A stretch of DNA of 64,000 nucleotides from Candidatus Multivoradales bacterium (GTDB lineage Bacteria > Acidobacteriota > Thermoanaerobaculia > Multivoradales > JAHEKO01): the NCBI GenBank assembly GCA_965223155.1, contig CBDCVR010000013.1, positions 1,088,001 to 1,152,000 on the forward strand, written 5' to 3'. The position numbers and the translations under genes were made by a program. How positions within the stretch are numbered: the stretch's first letter is position 1; every line of letters starts with the position of its first letter. Shown here piece by piece: positions 27,116-38,019 of this stretch. Under the pieces are notes generated by a model that was not told where the DNA came from, made no database searches, and saw only the letters and a list, made by a program, of their open reading frames with translations.

Positions 27116-28768
27116 ATGGAGTCCAAGCTCGTTCCGCCCACCGTCAAGGCCACGGTGCTGGCGCTTACTCTGATCGCCGGTTCGGGAATCGGCACCTGGG
27201 CCGGCGAACCGGCCGACGACACCGAGCTCGCGCGTCTCTTCGCAGACTGGCGCGCCTTTGAGAAGCCCAAGCTCCGGGACGGCGCTCCCGACTACGGCGC
27301 CGAGGCCATGGCCACCAAGCACAAGGCGCTGGCCGGATACCGGGACCGGCTGGAAGCGATCGACGCCCGGGAATGGCCGATTGAGGACAAGGTCGATTGG
27401 CACCTGCTCCGGGCCGAGATGAACGGGCTGGACTTCAATCTTCGGGTTCTCAGGCCTTGGGCTCGAGACCCGGCCTTCTACACCTCGGTCTGGACCTACC
27501 AAAGCGACACGCCGGCGCACGAGGGACCGACCCACCACGCCCTGGTCGAGCTCTGGACCTACGACTTCCCGCTCTCGGGCGCCGCCGAGGCCAAGCTGGC
27601 CGCCGAGCTGGCAACCATCGAGCCGCTTCTCGAGCAGGCGCGGATCAATCTCGTCGGCAACGCGCGCGAGCTCTGGGTCGCCGGCATCGGAGACCTCCGC
27701 GGCCAAGCGCGGAACCTCGAGGACCTGACCCAGCGCGCGGAAGACGCCGGCACGGAGCTGCGGCAGGCGATCGCGCAGGCGCGCCAGGCGACACTCGACT
27801 TCGTCGATTGGTTGGAAGAGCAGGCGCCGACCAAGACCGCTCCTTCGGGCATCGGCAAGGACAACTACACCTGGTACGTCCAGAACGTTCACCTGGTGCC
27901 CCTCACCTGGGAGGACGAGGTACGGCTCCTCCGGCGCGAGCTCGACCGGGCCCACGCCTCGCTTCGACTCGAAGAGCACCGCAACCGCAACCTGCCCGAG
28001 CTCGTGCCGATCGCCGGCCCCGAGGAGTACGAGGAGCGGGCCCGCGCCTCGGTCGACAAGTACCTCGAGTTCCTCGAGCGGGAGGACGTGCTCCCGATTC
28101 ACGACTACATGAAACCGGCGCTTCTGGCCCGCACCGGGTCGTTCGTTCCCCAGGAACGCCGCAACTTCTTCTGGACCTGCGTCCACCTCGAGCCGATGAC
28201 GCTATGGACGCACTTCTACCACTGGTGGGATCTGGCCCGAATGGAGAAGACACCTCATCCCAGCCCCGTCCGGCGCGGTCCGCTCCTCTACAACATCTTC
28301 GACAGCCGCGCCGAGGGTATGGCGACGGGGGTCGAGGAGATGATGATGCACGCGGGGCTCTACGACGACAATCCGCGCGCGCGCGAGATCGTTTGGATCA
28401 TGCTCGCCCAGCGCGCCGCGCGCGGGCTGGGCTCGCTCTACGTCCACGCCAACGAGATGACCATGCAGGAAGCGCGCGACTTTCACGTTGACTGGACGCC
28501 ACGCGGCTGGATGCGCGAAGACCTCGATCTCCTGGGCTTCGAGCAACTCCTCTACCTGCGCCAGCCCGGCTACGGGACGAGCTACGTCTCGGGCAAGTAC
28601 CTGATCGAGCAGCTCCTGGGCGAACGAGCGCGCCAGCTCGGCGACGACTTCTCGCTCTCAGGCTTCTACCAAGACGTCGATGCCCTGGGCGTCATCCCGG
28701 TCTCGCTCATTCGCTGGCAACTCACCGGGCTGGACGACCAGATCGAGGCCCTGATGGGCGGCTCGTAA
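27116..28768 (+). CDS. Secreted DUF885-family protein (possible peptidase)
   Basis: Signal peptide-like N-terminus, RPWARDPAFY, EGMATGVEE (compare EGWALYAE), YLRQPGYGTSY..G; SD AAGGAG. Confidence 0.7.
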   Translation: MESKLVPPTVKATVLALTLIAGSGIGTWAGEPADDTELARLFADWRAFEKPKLRDGAPDYGAEAMATKHKALAGYRDRLEAIDAREWPIEDKVDWHLLRAEMNGLDFNLRVLRPWARDPAFYTSVWTYQSDTPAHEGPTHHALVELWTYDFPLSGAAEAKLAAELATIEPLLEQARINLVGNARELWVAGIGDLRGQARNLEDLTQRAEDAGTELRQAIAQARQATLDFVDWLEEQAPTKTAPSGIGKDNYTWYVQNVHLVPLTWEDEVRLLRRELDRAHASLRLEEHRNRNLPELVPIAGPEEYEERARASVDKYLEFLEREDVLPIHDYMKPALLARTGSFVPQERRNFFWTCVHLEPMTLWTHFYHWWDLARMEKTPHPSPVRRGPLLYNIFDSRAEGMATGVEEMMMHAGLYDDNPRAREIVWIMLAQRAARGLGSLYVHANEMTMQEARDFHVDWTPRGWMREDLDLLGFEQLLYLRQPGYGTSYVSGKYLIEQLLGERARQLGDDFSLSGFYQDVDALGVIPVSLIRWQLTGLDDQIEALMGGS

Positions 28769-28858
28769 GAGTCGATCCGAGGAGCCGTTCGGAGAGCAGT
28801 CTAGCCCGGTTACCGATCGCGGGGCCGCAAAGGAAATCGGGTCGGGAACCATGGTGCA

Positions 28859-28945
28859 TGGTGGAGGTGGATGGATTCGAACCACCGTAGGGCGTTGCCC
28901 GGCAGATTTACAGTCTGCTGCCTTTGTCCACTCGGCCACACCTCC
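28859..28945 (-). tRNA. tRNA-Tyr(GTA)
   Basis: GCAGA-CT-GTA-AA-TCTGC, long variable arm, CCA end. Confidence 0.96.
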
Positions 28946-28986
28946 GTATTGTCAAGCTACCTCCGACCGTGCCCGGATGCGGAAGC

Positions 28987-29062
28987 TGGAGCCGGCACCC
29001 GGATTCGAACCGAGGACCTGCTGATTACAAGTCAGCTGCTCTAGCCCCTGAGCTATGCCGGC
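28987..29062 (-). tRNA. tRNA-Thr(TGT)
   Basis: CTGA-CT-TGT-AA-TCAG, GGTTCGAATCC, CCA end. Confidence 0.95.
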
Positions 29063-29085
29063 GGGCACGAGCGCCGCGAGGCGGG

Positions 29086-29114
29086 AGTCTATGGCCTCGG
29101 GCGAGCCGGCGCAA
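29086..29114 (-). promoter_or_regulatory. Putative sigma70 promoter for tRNA-Thr/Tyr
   Basis: TTGCGC-N17-TAGACT followed by a GC-rich discriminator. Confidence 0.55.
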
Positions 29115-29136
29115 GGACTTGGGCCGTCCCGGCCGG

Positions 29137-29880
29137 CTAGGTCGCCGCGTGCCGCTGGCGTACGGCCTCGTAGAGCAGCGCCGCCGCCGCCGAAGCAACG
29201 TTCAGGCTGGCCACGCTGCCTAGCATGGGCACCGACACCAGCCGGTCGCAGGACTTCCGGGTCCGGGGCCTCAAGCCCTTCTGCTCGCCACCCAGGACCA
29301 GGCAAAGCTGGCCGGTCAGGTCCACGTCCCAAACGCGATCGCCGGCCTCTCCGGCCGCGCCATAGACCCAGAAACCGGCCTCTTTCAGCAGCGCGATCTC
29401 CCGCGCGGAGTTGGTGATCCGGCGCAGATCGAGCTGGGAGGCGGCGCCGGCCGAGGTCTTGACCGCGGCCGCCGAGAGCGGCGCGCTGCCGCGGTCGCGG
29501 ATCAAGACCGTATCGACACCCGCCCCGTCGCACACCCGCAAGATGGCTCCCAGGTTGCGCGGGTCCTGGACGTCTTCGAGGAGCACGACGAAGTCGCTCT
29601 CCGAGGCCTCACCGGAGCCCTTGATCGAGCTCTGGGCCGCGCCCTCGGCAGCTTCGTCCACGATCGCCGCGAAGCCGTTGTGGACGGCCGCTTCCGTGAG
29701 CGCGTCCAGCTCCTGGGGATCGACGGCTACGACCGGAACGCCGGCGGCGGCGCACAGCTTCTGGATCTCATCCGCCCGGGCACTCCTGGCTCCTCGGGCG
29801 CCGGTCGCGATCAGCACCCGTTCCAGCCGGCGCCGGCCGTGCCTGAGCGCCTCCCGAACCGGATGGTAGCCGTGGATCAT
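29137..29880 (-). CDS. rlmB: 23S rRNA Gm2251 methyltransferase (SpoU/TrmH family)
   Basis: DVQDPRNLGAILR, KTSAGA, GGEQKGL, SLNVASA. Confidence 0.9.
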   Translation of the reverse strand: MIHGYHPVREALRHGRRRLERVLIATGARGARSARADEIQKLCAAAGVPVVAVDPQELDALTEAAVHNGFAAIVDEAAEGAAQSSIKGSGEASESDFVVLLEDVQDPRNLGAILRVCDGAGVDTVLIRDRGSAPLSAAAVKTSAGAASQLDLRRITNSAREIALLKEAGFWVYGAAGEAGDRVWDVDLTGQLCLVLGGEQKGLRPRTRKSCDRLVSVPMLGSVASLNVASAAAALLYEAVRQRHAAT

Positions 29881-29919
29881 GACCCGGCCGCGGCCCGCCG
29901 GGGCCGGCGGAGGTCCGCC

Positions 29920-30474
29920 TCAGCCCGCGAGGATGTCCTCTTCCTTGGTCTCGAGCGACTTGTTGACCTCGCCGATGTAGTGATCGTGCAGCTTTTGCAT
30001 CTCGTCAAAGCCGCGATGCTCGTCGTCCTGCCCGATCTCCTTGTCCTTCTCCATGCGCTTGAGCTCGTCGTTCCCGTCCCGCCGGCACTGGCGAACCACG
30101 TTGCGCGCCGCCTCGGCAAGGTCATGAGCCCGCTTGACGATCTCGCGGCGCCGCTCTTCGGTAAGAGGCGGCACCGGGATCCGGATGGTCTTGCCGTCGT
30201 TCGACGGATTCAGCCCCAAATCGGATTGCAACAGGGCCTTCTCGATCGATTCGATCGCCGATGGATCGTAAGGCTGGGCAACGATCAAGGTCGCCTCCGG
30301 CACCGACAGATTGGCAAGCTGGTTGAGCGGCGTGGGGCTGCCGTAGTAGTCCACCTGAACTCCGTCCAGCATCAGCAGCGAGGCCCTGCCGGTACGCAAT
30401 TGCTTGAGCTCACCGTGGAAATGGTCCACCGCGTGCTTCATCTTGACCTCGATCTCGCGAAACAACTCTTGCAT
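29920..30474 (-). CDS. frr: Ribosome recycling factor
   Basis: LRTGRAS, VDYYG, PPLTEERR; ATG at 30474. Confidence 0.97.
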   Translation of the reverse strand: MQELFREIEVKMKHAVDHFHGELKQLRTGRASLLMLDGVQVDYYGSPTPLNQLANLSVPEATLIVAQPYDPSAIESIEKALLQSDLGLNPSNDGKTIRIPVPPLTEERRREIVKRAHDLAEAARNVVRQCRRDGNDELKRMEKDKEIGQDDEHRGFDEMQKLHDHYIGEVNKSLETKEEDILAG

Positions 30475-30538
30475 CCTGCACCTCCGCCGGCGAAACGCTA
30501 CGCCAGATCCTAAGTTTCGCGCCGACCCGCGCGAAGTG

Positions 30539-31279
30539 TCAAATTTCAGCCGGCGCCGATTCGCCTTCGACCCAGGAGCCGATGCGCTCGCCGGCAACGA
30601 TCCGACGGATATTGCCCCGCTCCATCAGGCGAAAGACGGCGATGGGAATGGAGTTGTCCCGGCACAGGCTGATGGCCGCGGCATCCATGACCCGGAGGTT
30701 CCGCTCGAGCACCTGCTGGTAGGAAACCTCGGGCATGAGCTCGGCGCTCTCGTCCCGCTGCGGATCGGCCGTGTAGATGCCATCGACCGAGGTCGCCTTG
30801 AGCAGCACCTCGGCGCCGATCTCGTTGGCCCGAAGCGCCGCCGCGCTGTCGGTCGTAAAGAACGGGTTGCCGGTGCCGGCGGCGAAGATGACGATCCGGC
30901 CCTTCTCCAGGTGGCGGATTGCCCGGCGCACGATGAACGGCTCGGCGACGTCCCGGATGTCGATGGCGGTCTGGACCCGGGTGGTCGCGCCGCGCTTCTC
31001 GAGCGCGTCCTGGAGCGCCAGCGCGTTGATGACCGTCGCCAGCATCCCCATGTAATCGCCGGTAACCCGGTCGATCCCTCGGTGGCTGGCCGCCAGCCCG
31101 CGGATGATGTTGCCGCCTCCGATGACGATGGCGATCTCCACACCCAGCTCGTGCACCTGGACGATCTCATCGGCGATCGAGGCCACGATGGGCTCCTCGA
31201 TACCGAATCCCTTGTCCCCCATCAGGGCCTCTCCCGAGAGTTTCAGGAGAACCCGTCGGTACTTGGACTCGCCGGCCAT
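30539..31279 (-). CDS. pyrH: UMP kinase
   Basis: [24 protein letters not shown]. Confidence 0.98.
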   Translation of the reverse strand: MAGESKYRRVLLKLSGEALMGDKGFGIEEPIVASIADEIVQVHELGVEIAIVIGGGNIIRGLAASHRGIDRVTGDYMGMLATVINALALQDALEKRGATTRVQTAIDIRDVAEPFIVRRAIRHLEKGRIVIFAAGTGNPFFTTDSAAALRANEIGAEVLLKATSVDGIYTADPQRDESAELMPEVSYQQVLERNLRVMDAAAISLCRDNSIPIAVFRLMERGNIRRIVAGERIGSWVEGESAPAEI

Positions 31280-31291
31280 CGCGCCTACAGT

Positions 31292-31942
<651 letters not shown>

Positions 31943-32012
31943 CTGGATCTCCTATTGCTCATCCCGCCGCCCGACTGACTTCGGACCTGGCACGGGGTGT
32001 TGTTCGGACATG

Positions 32013-32049
32013 AAAAAGGCCAGATCGCCCGCCCCCGGTGCGACTGGCC
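32013..32049 (-). terminator. Intrinsic terminator/attenuator between rpsB and tsf
   Basis: Minus strand GGCCAG-TCGC...GCGA-T-CTGGCC followed by TTTTT. Confidence 0.65.
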
Positions 32050-32091
32050 GTTCGGCTCCGCCGTGAGCGGCCAAGCCGGTTCGTTCGGCAC

Positions 32092-33012
32092 TCAGTTGAC
32101 GGCCGTCTCTCCCTCGTCCGCTCCCTCCGCGGCCTCGGTGGTTTCGGCGGTCTCGGCAGCCTCGGCCGCTGGCTCAGCTGGCTCCTCGGAGACGGCCGCC
32201 TCCGACCCGGTCGCCGCCTCGACGGCCTCCGTCTCCGAATCCCCGGTGTCCTCTGCCTCGCCCCGAGCCTCGGCTTCGGCGGCCGCGGCAGCCGCCGCCG
32301 CTTCCTTGGCGGACGCTTCAAGCGCCGCCGACAACTCGCGGGCCCCTTCGAGATAGGCGTCCGCGATTCGTGAAGCGAAGAGCCGGATGGTGCGGATGGC
32401 GTCGTCGTTTCCGGGGATCGGGTAGTCCACGGATTCCGGATCGCAGTTAGTATCGACGATCGCGACCACCGGAATGTTGAGCTTGTTGGCCTCGGCCACC
32501 GCGATGTATTCCTTCTTGGGATCGACCACGAAGACCGCGTCGGGCAGGACGTCCAGATCGCGAATCCCCTCGAGATTGCGGTGCAGCTTCTCGCGCTCGC
32601 GGTCCAGGCGCAGCCGCTCCTTCTTGATCAGGGGATTGTCGGTGTCGGCCATCCGGCCCTCGATGTCCTTCAAGCGCTCGACCGAAGAGCGGATGGTCAC
32701 GAAGTTGGTGAGCGTGCCGCCCAGCCACCGGTGGGTGACAAAGTACTGCCCGCACCGACGCGCCTCCTGAGCGACGACCTCGCGCGCCTGGCGCTTCGTG
32801 CCCACGAACAGAAGCCGCTGGCCGGCCGCGCCCATACCACGCACGAATCCCGCGGCCTCTTCGAAAAGCTCGCTGGTCCGCCGTAAATCGATGATGTAGA
32901 TGCCGTTGCGCTTGCCGAAGATATAGGGACGCATCTTCGGGTTCCAGCGCCGAGTCTGGTGGCCGAAGTGCACCCCGGCCTCGAGCAGTTCCTGCATGTT
33001 TACCTGAGCCAA
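32092..33012 (-). CDS. rpsB: 30S ribosomal protein S2 with an acidic Ala/Glu tail
   Basis: [34 protein letters not shown]; TTG start. Confidence 0.98.
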   Translation of the reverse strand: MAQVNMQELLEAGVHFGHQTRRWNPKMRPYIFGKRNGIYIIDLRRTSELFEEAAGFVRGMGAAGQRLLFVGTKRQAREVVAQEARRCGQYFVTHRWLGGTLTNFVTIRSSVERLKDIEGRMADTDNPLIKKERLRLDREREKLHRNLEGIRDLDVLPDAVFVVDPKKEYIAVAEANKLNIPVVAIVDTNCDPESVDYPIPGNDDAIRTIRLFASRIADAYLEGARELSAALEASAKEAAAAAAAAEAEARGEAEDTGDSETEAVEAATGSEAAVSEEPAEPAAEAAETAETTEAAEGADEGETAVN

Positions 33013-33031
33013 ATCGCAACCTCCGCGCGGA

Positions 33032-33424
33032 CTAGCGCTTGCTGAACTGGAAGCGCGCGCGCGCGCCCTTGAGACCGTACTTCTTGCGCTCCTTCTTCCT
33101 GGGGTCCCGAGTCAGGAAGCCGCCACCCTTGAGCCGCTCGCGCAGCTCACCGTTGTAGTTGACCAACGCCCGCGCGATGCCGTGGCGAATCGCGCCTGCC
33201 TGCCCCGAGGAACCGCCACCGGCAACGGTCACGTTGAGATCGAACTTCTCGGCCGTCTCGGTCAGCAGCAAGGGCTGGCGCACGATCATGCGCAGGGCCG
33301 GATTCGGGAAGAAGTCCTCGAAGTCGCGGCCGTTCACCCTCATGGTGCCACTGCCCGGCGTCAGGAAGACGCGGGCTGTGGCGCTCTTGCGCCGGCCGGT
33401 TCCGTAGTACTGAAGGTCGCTCAA
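33032..33424 (-). CDS. rpsI: 30S ribosomal protein S9
   Basis: GTGRRK...[14 protein letters not shown]...QFSKR. Confidence 0.98.
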   Translation of the reverse strand: MSDLQYYGTGRRKSATARVFLTPGSGTMRVNGRDFEDFFPNPALRMIVRQPLLLTETAEKFDLNVTVAGGGSSGQAGAIRHGIARALVNYNGELRERLKGGGFLTRDPRKKERKKYGLKGARARFQFSKR

Positions 33425-33494
33425 CTAAATACTCCTCGTTGCTGTCGCGTGATGCTCCGCCCGAGCGTCCGGGCCGATGGAATCTCCGCTTTCC

Positions 33495-33923
33495 TCAGAT
33501 CTCCAAGACCTTGGGCTGCTGGGCCGCGTGCGGATGCTCCGAGCCCGCGTAGACCTTGAGCTTCTTGAACTGCCGGCGGCCGAGCTTGTTCTTGGGCAGC
33601 ATTCCGCGCACGCTCTTCTCCACCAGCCGCTCCGGATACTTAGCGCGCACCTCGGCGGCGGTCTCCTCCTTGAGGCCGCCAGGATGCGTGCTGTGCCGGT
33701 AGTAGACCTTCTGGGTCTCCTTCCGGCCGGTAAGCACTGCCTGGTCGGCGTTCACGACGACGACGAAGTCGCCGGTATCGACGTGGGGCGCATAGTGGGG
33801 CTTGTGCTTGCCGACGAGGACACGAGCGATCTCGACCGACAACCGGCCGAGCGTCTTGCCCGCCGCGTCGACCAAGAACCAGTCGCGTTCAATTTCGCCG
33901 GTCTTGGGGCTATACGTACGCAT
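33495..33923 (-). CDS. rplM: 50S ribosomal protein L13
   Basis: [27 protein letters not shown]; ATG at 33923. Confidence 0.97.
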   Translation of the reverse strand: MRTYSPKTGEIERDWFLVDAAGKTLGRLSVEIARVLVGKHKPHYAPHVDTGDFVVVVNADQAVLTGRKETQKVYYRHSTHPGGLKEETAAEVRAKYPERLVEKSVRGMLPKNKLGRRQFKKLKVYAGSEHPHAAQQPKVLEI

Positions 33924-33995
33924 TCCAGTAAGTTCCGAATCGTCCAGACGCAAGTTGACGTAACTTACCCGGCTTTGCCGGGCAAAGGGCCCACG

Positions 33996-34024
33996 ATGTT
34001 AGGCGCGGCTCCGATCGATGTCAA
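33996..34024 (-). promoter_or_regulatory. Putative sigma70 promoter of the rplM operon
   Basis: TTGACA-N17-TAACAT. Confidence 0.7.
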
Positions 34025-34110
34025 GGCCCGGCGGCCGGCCGGTTTCGACGGCATCGCCGGGCCTCCGGAGCCCCACCAGAACGGCCCCCGCCTGCTACGC
34101 TAGGCTGTTC

Positions 34111-35700
34111 ATGGCCGGCACCGATCCCGCAAACACCGCCGGACCGCCCTCGCCGCCGCGTCCGATTCCCCTAGTCCACGCATTTCGAAATCTGGGCGAG
34201 GACGGATACCGGCGCTTCGTGACCGCCTGGGCAGTGGCGTGCCTCGCCATCGTGCCCACGGGAATGCTGACCCGGGCCTTCGACTGGACCGGAATCCCGG
34301 TGAGCGTTGGGGGCGTACGCGCCTTCGTGACCATCTACGTGCCGCTCCTCGTTTGCTACCCACTCGTCCTGTGGTTTGGCTACGCTTGGGGCGCGATCCC
34401 CGCATACCTCGCCACCTTGGGAGTCTCGCTGATGGGCGGGATGGCCCTGCCCTGGGCTCTCCTCTTTGCCTTCGCCAATCCGCTCGGGCTCGCGGCCTTC
34501 TATCTGGGCGCCCGCTCGGCGCCGATGCGACCCGACCTGCGGTCCTTGCCTTCGCTCGTCTATTTCGTCTTGATCCTCTTCGTCGGCACGCTGGCGAGCT
34601 CGGTCGGAGCCTTCATCTGGGGCTACAGCAACGATCTGGATTTCGAGCGCTTCTATCCGGCCTGGCAGGGTTGGTGGCTGGGAGGATTTCTGCAGGGGGT
34701 GCTCCTGGTGGCGCCCATCCTGATGCTGACAACCGCCGCCATTCTGCGCTGGCGCGCCAGCCTGGGCCTCGAGATTCCGACGACCGAGGACCGGGATCGC
34801 CGCGCGCTGCTGGCCGGATCCGCGGTCATGGTGGCTTCGGTGGCGGCGTTCGCCCTGATCGCGCGCCGGTTCGCGCGGTCCACTCTCGACGGGCTCTTGG
34901 AGGCGAATCCCCAGACCGGATCGATCCGCGAGGAACTGCTGGACGTCTTCCGAAGCCTGTCACTGCCCTACTGGGTCATGCTGACCTTCGTCGGCGTCAC
35001 TCTCTACCTGGGCTATCGCATCGGCCGGCTCTGGAGTGAGCGCTTCGGCGCCCTGGTCCAAACCCTCGAGGCCACCAACAAGGAGCTTTCTCAGAAGACC
35101 GAGCTCCTCGAGCAGCAGAACCTGGAGCTGCAACGCCTGGCGATCACCGACAGCCTGACCCAGGCGCACAACCGCGGCTATCTGATGGAGAGCCTCCAGC
35201 GCGAGGTCAGCGCCTCCAGCCGCCACGGTGAGCCGCTGTCGGTGCTGCTTCTGGACCTGGATCACTTCAAGCAGGCCAACGATCAGCACGGGCATCTGGT
35301 CGGCGACGAGATCCTGAAGAACGTGGCCGACCGCATTCGCAACCAACTTCGGCGCGAGGACTTGCTGGCGCGCTTCGGCGGCGAGGAGTTCGTCGTGGTG
35401 CTGCCGCGCACCGACGCCGACGCCGCCTGGATCGTGGCCGAGAAGATCCGGCTGGCGATCTCGGCGGCGCCCTTCCAGGTGGAGACCATCGCCATCGAGC
35501 TGACGGTTAGCCTGGGCCTCGCCTGCTTGAGCGAGAGCACCGGCGATCGGCCGGTGCGCCACCTCCTGTCGCTTGCCGACCGTGCGCTCTATCGCAGCAA
35601 GAAGGAAGGCCGCAACCGCACCACCGTGGCTTCGGCGCTGTCTCCCGGCGAACGAACCTTCGCCGCCCAGGCTCCGCATGGAGACTCTCCCTCCGGATGA
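34111..35700 (+). CDS. Membrane-bound diguanylate cyclase (multi-TM sensor, possibly MASE1-like, plus GGEEF)
   Basis: Several hydrophobic segments, coiled-coil-like linker, DLDHFK, RREDLLARFGGEEF with an intact RxxD I-site. Confidence 0.88.
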   Translation: MAGTDPANTAGPPSPPRPIPLVHAFRNLGEDGYRRFVTAWAVACLAIVPTGMLTRAFDWTGIPVSVGGVRAFVTIYVPLLVCYPLVLWFGYAWGAIPAYLATLGVSLMGGMALPWALLFAFANPLGLAAFYLGARSAPMRPDLRSLPSLVYFVLILFVGTLASSVGAFIWGYSNDLDFERFYPAWQGWWLGGFLQGVLLVAPILMLTTAAILRWRASLGLEIPTTEDRDRRALLAGSAVMVASVAAFALIARRFARSTLDGLLEANPQTGSIREELLDVFRSLSLPYWVMLTFVGVTLYLGYRIGRLWSERFGALVQTLEATNKELSQKTELLEQQNLELQRLAITDSLTQAHNRGYLMESLQREVSASSRHGEPLSVLLLDLDHFKQANDQHGHLVGDEILKNVADRIRNQLRREDLLARFGGEEFVVVLPRTDADAAWIVAEKIRLAISAAPFQVETIAIELTVSLGLACLSESTGDRPVRHLLSLADRALYRSKKEGRNRTTVASALSPGERTFAAQAPHGDSPSG

Positions 35701-36452
35701 AGGGCGCGGACGCAACCGTTCCCGGGCCCGGCGCCGGCGCGGGCGGCGGGGAGCTGGACAAGCGGAGCGAGACGATCCGCGACATGTTCGGCCGGGTGGC
35801 CCCGCGCTATGACCTTCTCAATCACGTCCTGTCGGGAGCTCTGGACATCCGCTGGCGACGTCTGGCGGCGCGTAGCCTCGAGCTGGACGCAAGGGCGGGA
35901 GCCCGGGTTCTGGACCTCTGCTGCGGCACCGGCGACCAGGCACTGGCGGTGCGCTCCCGGGGCGGCCGGGTGGCCGCCGCCGACTTCTGCCTGCCCATGC
36001 TCGCCATCGCCCGGCGCAAGTTCCGCCGGCATTCCGCGCGTAGTCCCAAGGCTCTCGCCAGTGATGCTCTCAGCCTGCCGTTCGCTACTGCCACGTTTCA
36101 GGCGGCGACGGTCTCGTTCGGCCTCCGCAACGTGGCCGATCTGGACCATGCGTTGGCCGAGATCCGTCGGGTGCTGGCTCCGGCCGCGAGGGTGGCCTTC
36201 CTGGAGTTCGCGGTACCCGAGTCGAAGCTGATCCAGGGACCGTACCTCATGTACTTTCGCAGAATCCTGCCGCGCATCGGCGGTTCGATCTCTCAAGACG
36301 CAACCGCCTACGACTACCTGCCCTCGTCCGTGCTTGAGTTTCCCCAGCGTGCGGCGTTCGCGCGCCACATGGAGGGCGCGGGCTTCGAGCGCTGCCTTCA
36401 TCGAAACCTGGCGGGCGGCATCGTCTGCCTCTATACCGGAGTGACTTCATGA
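35697..36452 (+). CDS. ubiE: Quinone C-methyltransferase UbiE/MenG
   Basis: MFGRVAPRYDLLNHVLS, LDLCCGTGD, FGLRNV. Confidence 0.93.
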   Translation: MKGADATVPGPGAGAGGGELDKRSETIRDMFGRVAPRYDLLNHVLSGALDIRWRRLAARSLELDARAGARVLDLCCGTGDQALAVRSRGGRVAAADFCLPMLAIARRKFRRHSARSPKALASDALSLPFATATFQAATVSFGLRNVADLDHALAEIRRVLAPAARVAFLEFAVPESKLIQGPYLMYFRRILPRIGGSISQDATAYDYLPSSVLEFPQRAAFARHMEGAGFERCLHRNLAGGIVCLYTGVTS

Positions 36453-37384
36453 CCGAGATTCTGGACGGCGCCAAGGTCGCCCGCACGATTCGCAAGGAGG
36501 TCCGCGACCAGGCCCGGGCGATGGTCGCGGCGGGGCACCGAGCTCCCGAGCTGGTCGCCGTGCTGGTCGGCAACGACCCCGCCTCCGAGGTCTACGTGGG
36601 CAGCAAGAAACGGGCGGGCGGCAAGGCCGGCTTCACCAGCCGCTCCATCGAGCTTCCGGCGGACACCAGCCAGGAGGCTCTGGAGCGCACCCTGGACGAT
36701 CTCAACCACGACGCCGGCGTCGACGGAATTCTCGTCCAGCTGCCGCTGCCGACCGGCCTGGACGCCCGGCGAGCCCTGGACCGGCTGGATCCCGGCAAAG
36801 ACGTGGACGGTCTCCATCCCCACAACGTGGGCCGGCTCTGGCTGGATCAATCGGGGCTCTTCCCCGCCACTCCGGCAGGCGTGGTCCAGCTCCTCAAGCG
36901 CTCGGCCATCGAGCTCTCGGGCCGCAACGCCGTCATCATCGGCCGCAGCCACCTGGTGGGCAAGCCGCTGGCCGGCCTGCTGCTGCGGGAAAACTGCACG
37001 GTCACGGTCTGCCACTCGCGCACTCAGAACCTGGAGGAAGTGACCCGCCGAGCCGATCTTCTGATCGCGGCCCTCGGCCGGCTGGCCGCGATCGGCGAAG
37101 CCCACGTTCGCGAAGGCGCCGTCGTGATCGACGTCGGTATCCATCGCATCGAAGACCGCGAAACCGTCGAGCGGCTGTTCCCGTGCAACCGCGAGCGGAT
37201 GGAACGTTTCGAGGAAAAGGGCCGGATCCTGGCGGGAGACGTCGATTTCGACCGGGTAGCGCCCAAGTGCCGGGCGATCACTCCGGTGCCCGGAGGCGTC
37301 GGTCCCCTGACCGTGGCCATGCTGCTGGTCAACACGTTAGCGGCGTCCAAGAACCGGCAAGGCATCGCCGCGCCCACGGAATGA
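36449..37384 (+). CDS. folD: Methylenetetrahydrofolate dehydrogenase/cyclohydrolase
   Basis: GILVQLPLP, KDVDG, GRSHLVGKP, TPVPGGVGPLT. Confidence 0.96.
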   Translation: MTEILDGAKVARTIRKEVRDQARAMVAAGHRAPELVAVLVGNDPASEVYVGSKKRAGGKAGFTSRSIELPADTSQEALERTLDDLNHDAGVDGILVQLPLPTGLDARRALDRLDPGKDVDGLHPHNVGRLWLDQSGLFPATPAGVVQLLKRSAIELSGRNAVIIGRSHLVGKPLAGLLLRENCTVTVCHSRTQNLEEVTRRADLLIAALGRLAAIGEAHVREGAVVIDVGIHRIEDRETVERLFPCNRERMERFEEKGRILAGDVDFDRVAPKCRAITPVPGGVGPLTVAMLLVNTLAASKNRQGIAAPTE

Positions 37385-38019
37385 TCTCGATCGGCCTTAC
37401 CGGCGGCCTCGCCTCGGGCAAGTCCACGGTCGCGCGCTGGCTCGCCGAGGCCGGCTGCGTGGTGGTGGACGGTGATCGGCTGGTCGCCGAGCTCTACCGT
37501 GCCGGAGAGCCCGGCACCGAAGCAGTGGTCGAGCTCTTCGGCGACTCCGTCCTGGACGGCGAGGGCAACGTCAACAAGCTCCGGCTGGCCGCCCGCGTCT
37601 TCGGCGCCGGTGCCGAGCCGGCAGCGCTGGAGCGGCTGGAGGCCGCCGTCCATCCGCTGGTGCGGGCGCGCTTCGCCGAGATCGCCGAGGTCGCCACCGC
37701 CCAGGGCGCGGCCGCCGTCGTCCTCGAAGCCACGCGCTTGGTCGAGGCGGGGTACGCGCCGGACTTCGACGTGGTGATCACGATCGAAGCCGATTCCGAG
37801 TTGCGCCTGGCCCGAGCCGTCGCCCGGGGACTGGAAGAAGACGACGCGCGCTCCCGGCTCTCGGCCCAGGGCACGGGCGAGCCGCGCCAGCAAGCCGCCC
37901 ATCGAATTCTGCTGAACGACGGCTCCCTGGCCGAACTCCGCGGCGCGGTCGACGCTCTCTTGGTCGATTTGGAGATCGCTCCGGCCGCCGAGGTCAAAGA
38001 GCCAGAGGACGAGAGCTGA
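37381..38019 (+). CDS. coaE: Dephospho-CoA kinase
   Basis: MISIGLTGGLASGKSTV, VHPLV; ATGA overlap with folD. Confidence 0.93.
   Translation: MISIGLTGGLASGKSTVARWLAEAGCVVVDGDRLVAELYRAGEPGTEAVVELFGDSVLDGEGNVNKLRLAARVFGAGAEPAALERLEAAVHPLVRARFAEIAEVATAQGAAAVVLEATRLVEAGYAPDFDVVITIEADSELRLARAVARGLEEDDARSRLSAQGTGEPRQQAAHRILLNDGSLAELRGAVDALLVDLEIAPAAEVKEPEDES

Noticed and set aside
23359-28858. Active integrative element or prophage at tRNA-Tyr
   Set aside because: No integrase, no duplicated tRNA 3' end (att site), and no phage or transposase genes.
32092-32340. Ala/Glu-rich C-terminal extension of S2 as a novel domain
   Set aside because: Disordered acidic S2 tails are common in several high-GC phyla.
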